Shown in pieces: positions 10,283 to 20,174 of a stretch of DNA of 49,979 nucleotides (position 1 is its first letter; every line of letters begins with the position of its first letter). Made by a program: the position numbers and the translations under genes. Origin of the DNA: a virus (Duplodnaviria; Caudoviricetes); the IMG/VR virus record IMGVR_UViG_3300030376_006438, positions 1 through 49,979 of that record, one strand, 5' to 3'. A model generated the notes under the pieces. It worked only from the letters and a program-made list of their open reading frames with translations, had not been told where the DNA came from and ran no database searches.

Positions 10283-13281
10283 TGATGAATCAAGTTATGC
10301 AACGACCTTTGTTTAGACAACAGGGAAGCCCCATGGGTGGTGAACAAGCTTTTATGCAATATTTACAAACGAATTTGTCTCCTGAACAATTACAATCACT
10401 GATGCAAAACCCTAATAGAGATCAGATTATAGGTCAGCTATATCAAAAATTTATATCTGAACAACAAGTTCAATCTAGTCCTATAACAATGAGAAAAACA
10501 GGATCTCCTGAGATAGGTGAAAGAGTTTCTGATTTACAGTCTTTATTAACTGATATTAGAGCCAATGAAGGAATGAGAGATGTTATTGGTAATGAAGAAG
10601 CTGATAACGTGAGTAGACAGCTTGGTAATTTAATGAGAGTTCCTTTTGAGGAATTTAGTGGTATGTATGTTACAAACCCACAATCAGGTGAAATTGAACC
10701 TATGAGTGGTCCTTTAAAAGGTTCTCCTTCCATTGAAGAAGTTATATCTGATAAACCAAGAGGTAATATGGGTCAGTTTAGAATAAATTCAACAGGAGAA
10801 ACCGTTATATTAGAAATGACTCCTGAGCTTCAAGAAAGAGTCAGAAGTGGAGAGTTAGATTTTATCAAACAGCTTCCAACAAGAGCACCAATGGATGATC
10901 CTTCTACCTTAGACACTATTTTAAATTTAATAAATAGAGGAGGAGGTTCTATTGCTCCATTTATAGCTGATGTATTTACAAGCGATAGACCAAAACCCAC
11001 AAGACAACTTAATCCAAAATTTAGATATTATTTTGATAAAGATGGTAAGCCTCAAGTAGATATACGAGAACAAGCTGAAGGTGGTGAAATGAAGTCTGAT
11101 GCTGTTGGCATTGCTGATGGATTAGATCAAGAAGAACAGATGTCCGTGGACCGTGATCCGTCAAACGAGGGTATCGCTAAAGTTTCTCCTGAACAATATG
11201 TTGAATTAATGAATGAGGTTCGTGGAGACGAAGTTCCTATGGAAGGAAGAGTTCAAGAACTAGCAAGCGTTGTTGGTGAAAAAGATGCTACTGACACACC
11301 TTTATCTGTTCTAGCTTTAGTGCAACCTATTTTTGAAATGAAAGAACAGCAAGGTATTGCTCAAACTCAGCAAGGACAACAAATGATGACTCAAGGACCT
11401 ATTCCAATGGCTGCACAGGGTGGTATTGTACATTTGGCTAATGGACCTGGAGAAGACGGTGTTTATTCAGGAATGGTTGGTCCTCTTTCTTTAGATCAAA
11501 TACAAAACTTTGGTTTATATACTAAACCTGAAATGTCTGATTTAGGGGTGGCTTCTTATACAGCAGGAGCAGGAGATGTCTTAGCGTCAGGTTCACCTGA
11601 AGCAATTCTTACTCAATTATCAGGAATGGCAACAGAACCTCAAACTTTTGCTGAAATATTAGCAGATAAAAAAGCATCAATAGGTAAGCTTGGATTGTAT
11701 GACTCTCAAAAGGAGGCGCTTAAAATTCCTTTTCTTAGTGGAGTGACTAAGTTTGGTTTAGATGTTGCTAGAGGAGATAATGTTGTTGAATCAGCATTGG
11801 ATAGATTTAATGAAGCTACAAGCACTGCTCTACCAATGGCTTTAAAAATAAAATCACAAGAAAAACAATTACCTTTACAGCTAGCTTTAAGTGAATATTC
11901 ATCTCAAAAAGCTGATGCTAAAGAAATGAAAAAATTTGTTTTAGGTAAGTCTTTTGATTTAGCATTAGAAAATCAAAAAAATCAGGGTGTGGGAACCGTA
12001 GGAGTTGTAGGAACTAACAATGAAGTTATAGATAGTACTTTTGGTTCAGGTGTGTCTGAATCTCTTCCAGTCGGAACAATAGTTCAAAAAAATACTTCAG
12101 GAGTGATGTCCGTTATTAAGCCTGATAAGTTCAAAGCTGAAAATTTAATAACCGTAACAGGAACCTATGTAACCAATAAGTTAGATCAAGATGGTAGACC
12201 TATTGTAAAAGAAATAAACACTGTGATTGATCTAAGCACTGAAAGTGGAAAAGCTGAATTTGATACGTTAAAAGAGGCTTCTCAATTAAAAGCATCAAAA
12301 CTTATTTTTAAAAGTTTTTTAGATACGCAAAGTACAAATATAATACAAATGCCTGATCCCATTCTAGAGCCAAGAGCACAAGGTGGTGAAATAGTAAAAA
12401 GAGACAAGGGAACTGAGGATAATCCCATAGGTGGTGAAGTAGCAACAGATGGTGGACTTATTGATATAATGTCTGACGAAGCTTTTGCAGATTTAAATAT
12501 AGATCCTTTTGCTCCAGGACCTGGAAGAATAGATATAACTAAGTTGGATGGATCCAATAGAATATTAGGTCTTAGACACAATACAGGTTATGAAACACTT
12601 GCAGCAATAGAAGATTTAGTTGCAAGGACTTACACACAGCCTGAAACAGTGGGTGTTTTAGGTAATACATTAAGAGGATATGCTAACATATCTAATACCG
12701 TGGATGAACTTTTAACTCAATTAATTGGAAAAGGGTTACCTGAATCGTTAGTCCTCAATAATCCTGAACTTCAACAAACCTTAGAAGACATGATGAAAAT
12801 TCCTAAATTAGTAGCTGAGACAGAAGCAGGTGCTTCTAGATACAGAGCTGTTCAAAAAGACATAGATGCAATAGCTAAAGAAAGACTAGATTATGGAGCA
12901 CTAAGTTCAGCTTCTAGTATTAGAAAAAGTTTAATGGCTGTTCATAAAACTGTTTTTGATAAAATGAACACATACAGAGATAGTTTAGGTCAAGGATCGT
13001 TAGAGTATAAAAAGCCTGAAATATTTAATGAAGAATATGGAGCTACTTTAGCGCCTAAAGAGCCTATTAAGCTTCCTTCAAAAGAAGACTTTAGTGCAGA
13101 TAATTTACAAAGCACTTTATTGGATGCCCTTCCTAACATTGATTTAAAAAAATATCCTCAACTATTAACTGATCCTATTTTTACAGGAGCCATTTATTCT
13201 ATTAGTCAAGGAGCCACTGTTGAAGATATTAAACCAAAATTTTTAGAATTATTTAACGAGAAATACGGGACAGGGGAATAG
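10282..13281 (+). CDS. large internal virion/ejection protein
   Basis: 999 aa, RPLF start, repeated xxGGx[VIM] motifs. Confidence 0.7.
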   Translation: MMNQVMQRPLFRQQGSPMGGEQAFMQYLQTNLSPEQLQSLMQNPNRDQIIGQLYQKFISEQQVQSSPITMRKTGSPEIGERVSDLQSLLTDIRANEGMRDVIGNEEADNVSRQLGNLMRVPFEEFSGMYVTNPQSGEIEPMSGPLKGSPSIEEVISDKPRGNMGQFRINSTGETVILEMTPELQERVRSGELDFIKQLPTRAPMDDPSTLDTILNLINRGGGSIAPFIADVFTSDRPKPTRQLNPKFRYYFDKDGKPQVDIREQAEGGEMKSDAVGIADGLDQEEQMSVDRDPSNEGIAKVSPEQYVELMNEVRGDEVPMEGRVQELASVVGEKDATDTPLSVLALVQPIFEMKEQQGIAQTQQGQQMMTQGPIPMAAQGGIVHLANGPGEDGVYSGMVGPLSLDQIQNFGLYTKPEMSDLGVASYTAGAGDVLASGSPEAILTQLSGMATEPQTFAEILADKKASIGKLGLYDSQKEALKIPFLSGVTKFGLDVARGDNVVESALDRFNEATSTALPMALKIKSQEKQLPLQLALSEYSSQKADAKEMKKFVLGKSFDLALENQKNQGVGTVGVVGTNNEVIDSTFGSGVSESLPVGTIVQKNTSGVMSVIKPDKFKAENLITVTGTYVTNKLDQDGRPIVKEINTVIDLSTESGKAEFDTLKEASQLKASKLIFKSFLDTQSTNIIQMPDPILEPRAQGGEIVKRDKGTEDNPIGGEVATDGGLIDIMSDEAFADLNIDPFAPGPGRIDITKLDGSNRILGLRHNTGYETLAAIEDLVARTYTQPETVGVLGNTLRGYANISNTVDELLTQLIGKGLPESLVLNNPELQQTLEDMMKIPKLVAETEAGASRYRAVQKDIDAIAKERLDYGALSSASSIRKSLMAVHKTVFDKMNTYRDSLGQGSLEYKKPEIFNEEYGATLAPKEPIKLPSKEDFSADNLQSTLLDALPNIDLKKYPQLLTDPIFTGAIYSISQGATVEDIKPKFLELFNEKYGTGE

Positions 13282-13285
13282 TCTC

Positions 13286-16180
13286 ATGGTGGAAAATAAT
13301 CCCTATGAAGAGTTTATCCCTAAAAAAACAGACGAAATAGGGGATTTAGGATTAGAAAACAATCCGTATGCAGAGTTTATTCCTGTTGATGAATCTGAGT
13401 TTCAAGGAACTAGACTAATCGAGGGATCAGTTCCAGCTTTAAATTTTCCTAGTTTTACTCAACCAGTTTATTTAGATATTGAAGAAAAAGACGGTCAAAA
13501 AATAATTTATATGGGTGATTCTCCTTTTAAGGAAGATTATTCTCCAATTGAAAATGAAAATGAAAAATCTTTTTTTTTAGAAAGTTTTTTAGGATTTGAT
13601 GTAAGACAACAAGTCTCTAGTGAGAAACAAGAAGAATATAATGCTTACATTCAAGGTTTAGTGGACGAAGTAGGATTAGAGGCATACTTACCAAAAGAGG
13701 TGTCAACCATTACAGGATCAATAGCAGGTCCTTTAATTTTAAATTATTTTGCAAAAAATCCTGACAAAATTCCAAAGGGAGGGTCAGGTCAAAAAGCTTT
13801 TAAAACTGTTTTTCAAAAATTATGGGATTTTCAAAAAGCAACCATTGATAAACTTCCTGTTACTAAGAAAATGAAAACAAAAATTAAACAAAGAACCATA
13901 TTAGGTTTTCTTGCAGCAAGTACACTAGCAGGCAGTGCTGGTTTCGCTTACGATACTTACAGTAGTTATTTAGATGGAGACGAGGAAACAATAGACGAAA
14001 TTATAGCAAAGCTTCCTGAGAATTTAAAAACAGAAGGTATGAACGAATTAATTGGTCTTGGTATATTTAAGACACTTGGTATAGGTAAGAATAATATAAT
14101 TTTAGCTAATGACGCTGTTAGAAAAAAATTAAAAGATTTTTATGACGTAGGAGTAAAACCAATTTTAGCAGATGTTGCACAAGAGTCAGGTACCTTTGCA
14201 TCATCTTTTCTAAAATCTTTTGGTAGGCTACCTTTAGTTGCTGACAGAGCAGGAGCATTTGTTAAAGAACAAGGACCTATTATTAAAGATAAGGTAGACA
14301 AGATGATTGCTGCTTTTGCACCTAGATCAGGTAAAGACACTACAACTACTTTTTTAGAATCAATGCTTAAAGGTAGAGCAGAATGGAAAGCAGTAACAGG
14401 AGCTGCTTATGATAACTTTTACAGGCAAATAGATGAATTATTTGGTAAGGGGACATCTATTTTTCCTATGATAAAAACAAGATCCAATCTTGTTGCCTTT
14501 ATAAAAAAAGCAGACAGTCAAGCTTCAAAAGTTTTAAAAGATACTCCTTTTTATAAATTTGCTAAAGGATTTATAAAAGATTCTAAAGGAAAAAAACTTA
14601 CCATAGATGATTACAAATTTTATAGAGATGAATTAAATGACATTTATGACTCACTTCCTTACGAGGACAGCACCACTAGAGCTTTAATAGATGGTCTTAA
14701 AACCGATTTTATAGAGGACCTAGGTTACGTAACAGCTACTGAAGGAGGAGCCTTCACAGTAAATCAAGCAGGTCAGGTTACTTCACAAATTTTACCAAGA
14801 ATATTAGATCCAAGTAAAGTAGCCTTACTTAGAGAGGCTAAAAAGTTTGCAGATGATGTATTTAGATTTGGAGTAGAGAGAGATGGCGCTATGCCTATGG
14901 GAAAAGACTTTTTTGATAAAGGTGTTTTTGCAAAAATGACTCAACAATATAGACAAGGAACCGATACAAATGATTTTGCTAAATTAGTTGGATTTGGTGA
15001 CGAAGGATACACCGTTAAAAAAGTCATAGATCTTCCTGGAGCACCTGGGACAAAAATAACTCAGACTTATAATGTTAATCAATTATATCAAACTCCTCTC
15101 TCAAAAGAAGGAACTCAATACTATGATCAAATTTTTAAACCTTTAATGCAAAAATTAAACTCTCCTCAAGCAGTAAAACAACTTTTTAAATTAACAGGTA
15201 GTGATCCTAATGTTTTCGGTAGTTTTGTATTTAAGCTTATGGACGATAGTATGAACGGAGCTATAAAAGCTTTAAAAGCTTCAGGTGAAAATACTTCTAC
15301 TTTTTCTGCTACTAAAAACTTTTTAAACTTTGATCCTGTTAAATTCAGAAATGGTATTTTTGGAACAAATGATCAAATGAAAAAAGGAGTTATGACAGCC
15401 TTTGATCTTTTACACGCTAGGAATCCAAAAGAATTTATATCAGGACAACAATTAGAAAAACTTTTAGATGTTTTAGTTGCAAGAGGAAATACATTTATTC
15501 CTAGTGCGGCAGGTCTTTTGAATAAAAAACTTTCCATTGGTGCAGTTAATTTAACCACAGGGTTAATGGGTATTCTTTTTGGAGGGTTTGTAGGATTAAA
15601 ATCAGGGATAGGTGCACCAGCTTTCTTTTTAAGACTAAGAAGCATGGCTAATATTTTAGGAGATCCTAAAAAAGCTAGAGCTTTTTACAAAGCAATGGAT
15701 AATGCCACTAACTATAAAACAAGATATTCTAATATGGTTCGTTTAATACAGATGACTTTGGTTGATAAATTAAAAGAAGATTTTAAAGAGGGAACTGAAG
15801 CTTATGAACAACATAAAAGAGAGATAGAAGAACTGACTAAATTTGGTCAAATTGCTACAGAAACTTTAGATAATATGGCTGATGATTACGATGGAGATAT
15901 ATTTGAAGAACAAATGCTTAACGATATTGAAACTATTAACTCTACTCCTAAAGAAGAAATTCCTGTAAGTAGAGGACAAACTAATGTTCCTTTAATAGAG
16001 CCTATTAATATTCCTCAAGTTGATATAGCTTCTTTAGGAGGACAAGGTAGTGGAGCGACTAATACACAAACCATGGCTGGTTTAGAATCTGTTGGCCTAC
16101 CTCTATTTAATGCAGCAGATGGAGGTATCGTGAACCTCTATGAGTCTAAAAAATTTAAAAGACCACAGGTGGTAGCATAA
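13286..16180 (+). CDS. large internal virion/ejection protein
   Basis: 964 aa, ENNPYxEFIP twice at N-terminus, hydrophobic segments, C-terminal AADGGIV. Confidence 0.7.
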   Translation: MVENNPYEEFIPKKTDEIGDLGLENNPYAEFIPVDESEFQGTRLIEGSVPALNFPSFTQPVYLDIEEKDGQKIIYMGDSPFKEDYSPIENENEKSFFLESFLGFDVRQQVSSEKQEEYNAYIQGLVDEVGLEAYLPKEVSTITGSIAGPLILNYFAKNPDKIPKGGSGQKAFKTVFQKLWDFQKATIDKLPVTKKMKTKIKQRTILGFLAASTLAGSAGFAYDTYSSYLDGDEETIDEIIAKLPENLKTEGMNELIGLGIFKTLGIGKNNIILANDAVRKKLKDFYDVGVKPILADVAQESGTFASSFLKSFGRLPLVADRAGAFVKEQGPIIKDKVDKMIAAFAPRSGKDTTTTFLESMLKGRAEWKAVTGAAYDNFYRQIDELFGKGTSIFPMIKTRSNLVAFIKKADSQASKVLKDTPFYKFAKGFIKDSKGKKLTIDDYKFYRDELNDIYDSLPYEDSTTRALIDGLKTDFIEDLGYVTATEGGAFTVNQAGQVTSQILPRILDPSKVALLREAKKFADDVFRFGVERDGAMPMGKDFFDKGVFAKMTQQYRQGTDTNDFAKLVGFGDEGYTVKKVIDLPGAPGTKITQTYNVNQLYQTPLSKEGTQYYDQIFKPLMQKLNSPQAVKQLFKLTGSDPNVFGSFVFKLMDDSMNGAIKALKASGENTSTFSATKNFLNFDPVKFRNGIFGTNDQMKKGVMTAFDLLHARNPKEFISGQQLEKLLDVLVARGNTFIPSAAGLLNKKLSIGAVNLTTGLMGILFGGFVGLKSGIGAPAFFLRLRSMANILGDPKKARAFYKAMDNATNYKTRYSNMVRLIQMTLVDKLKEDFKEGTEAYEQHKREIEELTKFGQIATETLDNMADDYDGDIFEEQMLNDIETINSTPKEEIPVSRGQTNVPLIEPINIPQVDIASLGGQGSGATNTQTMAGLESVGLPLFNAADGGIVNLYESKKFKRPQVVA

Positions 16181-17157
16181 TGGCTCCTCCTTTTGCACAA
16201 AAACCTAGTAGAATTTCACAATTAAAAGCTGACGCTAGTAGAGCTAGAACTAGCAAAGCAGATATTGCTAGAGATTTAGATATTGCTAGAGGTCGTAGAG
16301 AATTCTTTTCCAATAGACCAGATGTATCTGATGACAGAGCATTAAGAAGAATAACACAAGCTGACGAGGGTCAACGTTTTAAAAATTTATATACAAAACC
16401 TGTTCAAGGTTCCTCAAATCTTTTACAAATGACTGCTGATGCTCCTCGTAATCTTGCCGCTGAAAGAGAAAGATTAGCTAGACAGTATGGACCTACATTA
16501 AGTGAAATAGGATCCGATGTTAGATTTGGATTAACAAACTTAGCACAAGGTTTTAAAGAAAAAGGCCCTCCCATTATTCAATTATTAAGAGGTTTATATC
16601 AAAAAGGTAAAGATTTTTTTACTGTTCCTAGTGGTATAGAAACTGTTGTTCCACAGGCTAGAGGAGATCTTTTTGAAGGAATGCCAACTGATAGTTTTGT
16701 AGGTCCTACCTTTGATAATCAACAAATAAATAATCAATCATTGGACGCACTACCGAGCACTCTTTCTAATGAAGAGTTTGATGAAATTTATGATTTTTTG
16801 CCAAAAAGAACAATGTTAGATAATCTTCCTTTTAAAGCAAAGCCCAATAATATAAATAATCAGACTAATTTTGAAAATTCCTTAGTTAATGCAAGAGCAG
16901 ACAACGTAGGAATAAATTTATTAGGTGAATTACAAAATTTACAAAACTTAGCTCAACAATATAATTTAAATAAAATACAATTTGATCCGTTTGATCCAAA
17001 TAGAATAGGGTACAAAGATCAATTTATGTTTAATAACACTCCTGTAAATTATAACGTAGGAATCGGTGATAAAGGAATAGAAGGTGGATTAAGTTTTGTA
17101 TTTAAAAACGGTGGAAGTGTAGACAAATACAATGGTTTAGGGTATAAATTAAGATAA
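16180..17157 (+). CDS. putative virion protein
   Basis: 325 aa, C-terminal FKNGGSV. Confidence 0.65.
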   Translation: MAPPFAQKPSRISQLKADASRARTSKADIARDLDIARGRREFFSNRPDVSDDRALRRITQADEGQRFKNLYTKPVQGSSNLLQMTADAPRNLAAERERLARQYGPTLSEIGSDVRFGLTNLAQGFKEKGPPIIQLLRGLYQKGKDFFTVPSGIETVVPQARGDLFEGMPTDSFVGPTFDNQQINNQSLDALPSTLSNEEFDEIYDFLPKRTMLDNLPFKAKPNNINNQTNFENSLVNARADNVGINLLGELQNLQNLAQQYNLNKIQFDPFDPNRIGYKDQFMFNNTPVNYNVGIGDKGIEGGLSFVFKNGGSVDKYNGLGYKLR

Positions 17158-17247
17158 ATGAAATTATTGAAATTTATTATAAACATTTTTAAAAGAAAGG
17201 AAGAAAAAGACCCACATGAAGAACATTGGGGTATAGGTTCAAAATGA
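17158..17247 (+). CDS. small protein (29 aa, MKLLKFIINIFKRKEEKDPHEEHWGIGSK)
   Basis: Read by hand; abuts upstream stop, ATGA overlap with lysozyme start. Confidence 0.55.
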   Translation: MKLLKFIINIFKRKEEKDPHEEHWGIGSK

Positions 17248-17693
17248 TAAAAATTACAGATGAATTAAAAGCTAGAGTCACTTCTGCGGAAGGAATAGTT
17301 GACCACGTATATTTAGATAGTTTAGGAAAAGCCACGATCGGCATAGGCCATCTTATTCAGCCTCACGAACGAGAAAGATTTCCTGAGGGAAAGAAAATTT
17401 CTAGAGAAGAAATAGATGAGCTATTTGATTTGGATTTAAATAGAGCAGCAGCAGGAGCTGACTTATTGATACAAGAATGTATTGGTCACGATTTGCCTAC
17501 TCATATAGAACATGTAATCGTGGAAATGGTTTTTCAGCTAGGAACTCAAGGTGTTCGAAACTTCTCCAAAATGTGGAAAAACATGAGAGTTAAAAAGTGG
17601 AAAGAAGCGGCCGAAGAAATGAAAGACTCTAGGTGGCATAAACAAACCACAAATAGATGTGAACATTTAGCTGAAATAGTAGCTAATACTTAG
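17244..17693 (+). CDS. lysozyme (GH24, T4-like muramidase)
   Basis: EG...YLDSLGKATIGIGHL catalytic E/D/T, MVFQLG, SRWHKQT.NR. Confidence 0.92.
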   Translation: MIKITDELKARVTSAEGIVDHVYLDSLGKATIGIGHLIQPHERERFPEGKKISREEIDELFDLDLNRAAAGADLLIQECIGHDLPTHIEHVIVEMVFQLGTQGVRNFSKMWKNMRVKKWKEAAEEMKDSRWHKQTTNRCEHLAEIVANT

Positions 17694-17857
17694 TCATTTC
17701 TTCTTGTGGAAGGAGGCAAACAACCTTCTTCTAAAAACCAAACGTAAGCTGATTCCCAATCTTTTTTATATTCTGCTCTTAAAAATTCTTTGAGAGCTTT
17801 GTCTGAGTCATGTTCAAGTGTAATAAAGTTTGTTAGTTTTTTAAGTAATTCAATCAT
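17690..17857 (-). CDS. hypothetical protein (55 aa, MIELLKKLTNF...)
   Basis: Read by hand; AGGAG SD, convergent with lysozyme. Confidence 0.65.
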   Translation of the reverse strand: MIELLKKLTNFITLEHDSDKALKEFLRAEYKKDWESAYVWFLEEGCLPPSTRRND

Positions 17858-17888
17858 AATGTTCTCCTATTAGTTAGAGAACATACAT

Positions 17889-18119
17889 TTATTTTTTACT
17901 TTTAGATTTGCTATTAACAGTTTTCTGATGTGACTCTAGTGCATCCCACACCTCAACTCTTGACCAATGAGCCAAGACACATTTAGATATGTCCTCATGT
18001 AAAACTTTCAACCAACTAATATCCATCGATATACTTCTGCCTTTGTTTTTATATATGTGCTCTGCCTCATCATGAGTCATAGACAAGTTTAATTCACCAT
18101 TATTATAAGTTATTCTCAT
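17889..18119 (-). CDS. hypothetical protein
   Basis: ORF with AAGGAG SD. Confidence 0.7.
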   Translation of the reverse strand: MRITYNNGELNLSMTHDEAEHIYKNKGRSISMDISWLKVLHEDISKCVLAHWSRVEVWDALESHQKTVNSKSKSKK

Positions 18120-18297
18120 TTTCTTCTCCTTTGATTACTTTTAAATTTACCTTTTTTTCTTGAGGAAGATAAACTTCAACGTAGCTGTCACAATTGGGAC
18201 AACTTAAATTTGTCACAATACAATATTCTTCATTATCTTCTTCGATATCATGATCACCACCCCAAATTAATTCGTAATTACAATGCCAACAATTCAT
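18103..18297 (-). CDS. small zinc-ribbon protein
   Basis: CWHC...CPNC; start at ATG 18297 overlapping polymerase stop. Confidence 0.75.
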   Translation of the reverse strand: MNCWHCNYELIWGGDHDIEEDNEEYCIVTNLSCPNCDSYVEVYLPQEKKVNLKVIKGEENENNL

Positions 18298-20174
18298 TTT
18301 GCTTCCCCCCAATTATTTCCTGTTGCTACATCTACTTTAGATGGAACACTCATTTCAATTGAATTTTCCATTACATTTACTATTTTTTCTTGCATTTCTT
18401 TATCTCCGTTAAAGCTTATGGCCAATTCATCATGAATCTGAATCATTGGTATTATGCCTTCTTTGTAAAGATTGACCATGGCTTTTTTTGTTTGATCTGC
18501 TGCTGATCCTTGTATCAATCTATTAAGAGCCTTATACGTCCCTGACCTTTTCAAAGGAGTATATTCTCCATATTCTTCCTTAGCTCTGTCTAAAGGATAA
18601 GCCCTATAAGAACCAAATGCCTTAGGCTCCCATAACTCAAAACGACATCTTCTACCTAAAAAAGTTTTAACTGCACCTTTTTTTTGAGCATGATCAGAAA
18701 CTGCATCAGCTAATTGTCTTACAAAAGGAACTCTTTCATTGTATTGTTTAATTAACGATTTACCCTCCTCAGGATCAATTCCTAATTGATCGGATAACTT
18801 ACCCACACCCATGCCATAAAATAGTCCTAAATTTATCGTTTTAGCGCTTTTACGAGGTATATTTCCTATCTCAGCCATGATTGTATGAAAGTCTGTGGTT
18901 TTATCTTCATTATAAGCTTTAACGATTTTTTCAGCCCCCTCCAATTTAACTATATTAGCATAGTGACTAACGAGACGTGGCTCTTGTTGTGAATAGTCGA
19001 AAGAACCCCATTGCTCTCCTTCTTCAGGTAAAAATAAACCTCTGATTAAAGAACCTATTTTTATATCAGAATTAGCATCATCTTTAGCAGGAATTTGTTG
19101 AAGGTTGGGATTAGAATAACTAAATCTCCCTGTCAAAGTACCACCGTTCTCGGTTCGTAACTGATTGACGTTAGCATGTATTCTACCTTTATGTTGATAT
19201 CTTTCTATCGTATGGAGGAACGTGGTCCGTGCTTTGTTAAAGTTTCTAGCTTGAACAATTGCTTTTGGAATAGGATGAGGATGAAACTCTAAAAAGTTTT
19301 TTGTAAAAGAAGGATTACCTTTATCTGTTTTAGGATAATCTATTTTACAATGATCAAAGATAGTAGCAATGGAACGAGCAGCCCATATATCACATTTTAA
19401 ATTAGTCTCACCAAAAACGTATTTTAAAAGTTCATTCTCTTTTTTTATAAAAGACTTTTCTGCTTTCTTTAATTTTTCTAAATCTACTCTTACACCTTTT
19501 TTTCTCATCTTCATCAAGATAGGAATTAAATCAGTTTCTAAATTAAATACTGTTTCCAAATCTTGTTGTGATATTTCAGGTTTTAATCTGTTCCATAATT
19601 TTAGAGACAAAACAGCGTCTTGCTCTGCGTATTCTCCTACATACTGAGAAGGTATTTTAAACATTTCACTCTTAGGATTCACACCCCATTGTGCTGCAGT
19701 TTCGTTTAATAAAAACTCACTTTTACTTTCAGCTAAATATTCTTTAGAAACTGCGTTCAGAGAATAACTAAATTTATTCTCATTAATCAAAGGAGCAACG
19801 ATCATTGTATCAATGATACGACCATTCCACTTAACTCCTTCAGCTTCTAACCAACCAAAATCATAGGTGGCATTGTGAGCTATTTTCTCTCCCTCTCCTG
19901 AGAGCATTTCATTTAGCCAATCAAACACGACCCGTGAATCGTGATTAAATCCTGTCTCATGTCTAATAGGATAATATCCCTTCCAACCATCAACAGCTAT
20001 GGCAACTCCAATTATTTCTCCATCATTGGTGGCCCAACCTGGGCCTTTCTCCATGATGTTAGGATCTTTAGTTTCTAAATCAATTGCAATTTTATCAGCG
20101 TCTTTAATGTTAGGGAAATCCATAGGTGGAACCCATTCAGATTTTGGTTTGAACATACCAATTTGTTTACTCAT
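18294..20174 (-). CDS. DNA polymerase family A with 3'-5' exonuclease domain
   Basis: DLET, HNATYD, TGRFS..PNLQQIP, DYSQQEPR (motif A), KTINLGLFYG (B), QIHDE (C). Confidence 0.95.
   Translation of the reverse strand: MSKQIGMFKPKSEWVPPMDFPNIKDADKIAIDLETKDPNIMEKGPGWATNDGEIIGVAIAVDGWKGYYPIRHETGFNHDSRVVFDWLNEMLSGEGEKIAHNATYDFGWLEAEGVKWNGRIIDTMIVAPLINENKFSYSLNAVSKEYLAESKSEFLLNETAAQWGVNPKSEMFKIPSQYVGEYAEQDAVLSLKLWNRLKPEISQQDLETVFNLETDLIPILMKMRKKGVRVDLEKLKKAEKSFIKKENELLKYVFGETNLKCDIWAARSIATIFDHCKIDYPKTDKGNPSFTKNFLEFHPHPIPKAIVQARNFNKARTTFLHTIERYQHKGRIHANVNQLRTENGGTLTGRFSYSNPNLQQIPAKDDANSDIKIGSLIRGLFLPEEGEQWGSFDYSQQEPRLVSHYANIVKLEGAEKIVKAYNEDKTTDFHTIMAEIGNIPRKSAKTINLGLFYGMGVGKLSDQLGIDPEEGKSLIKQYNERVPFVRQLADAVSDHAQKKGAVKTFLGRRCRFELWEPKAFGSYRAYPLDRAKEEYGEYTPLKRSGTYKALNRLIQGSAADQTKKAMVNLYKEGIIPMIQIHDELAISFNGDKEMQEKIVNVMENSIEMSVPSKVDVATGNNWGEAK

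Noticed and set aside
16260-16291. Short tandem duplication GATATTGCTAGAG x2
   Set aside because: In-frame coding duplication (DIARDLDIAR); no sign of separate function
18294-20174. Intein, intron or DnaJ-type insertion in the polymerase
   Set aside because: Continuous compact 626-aa ORF with no CxxCxGxG repeats or intein termini
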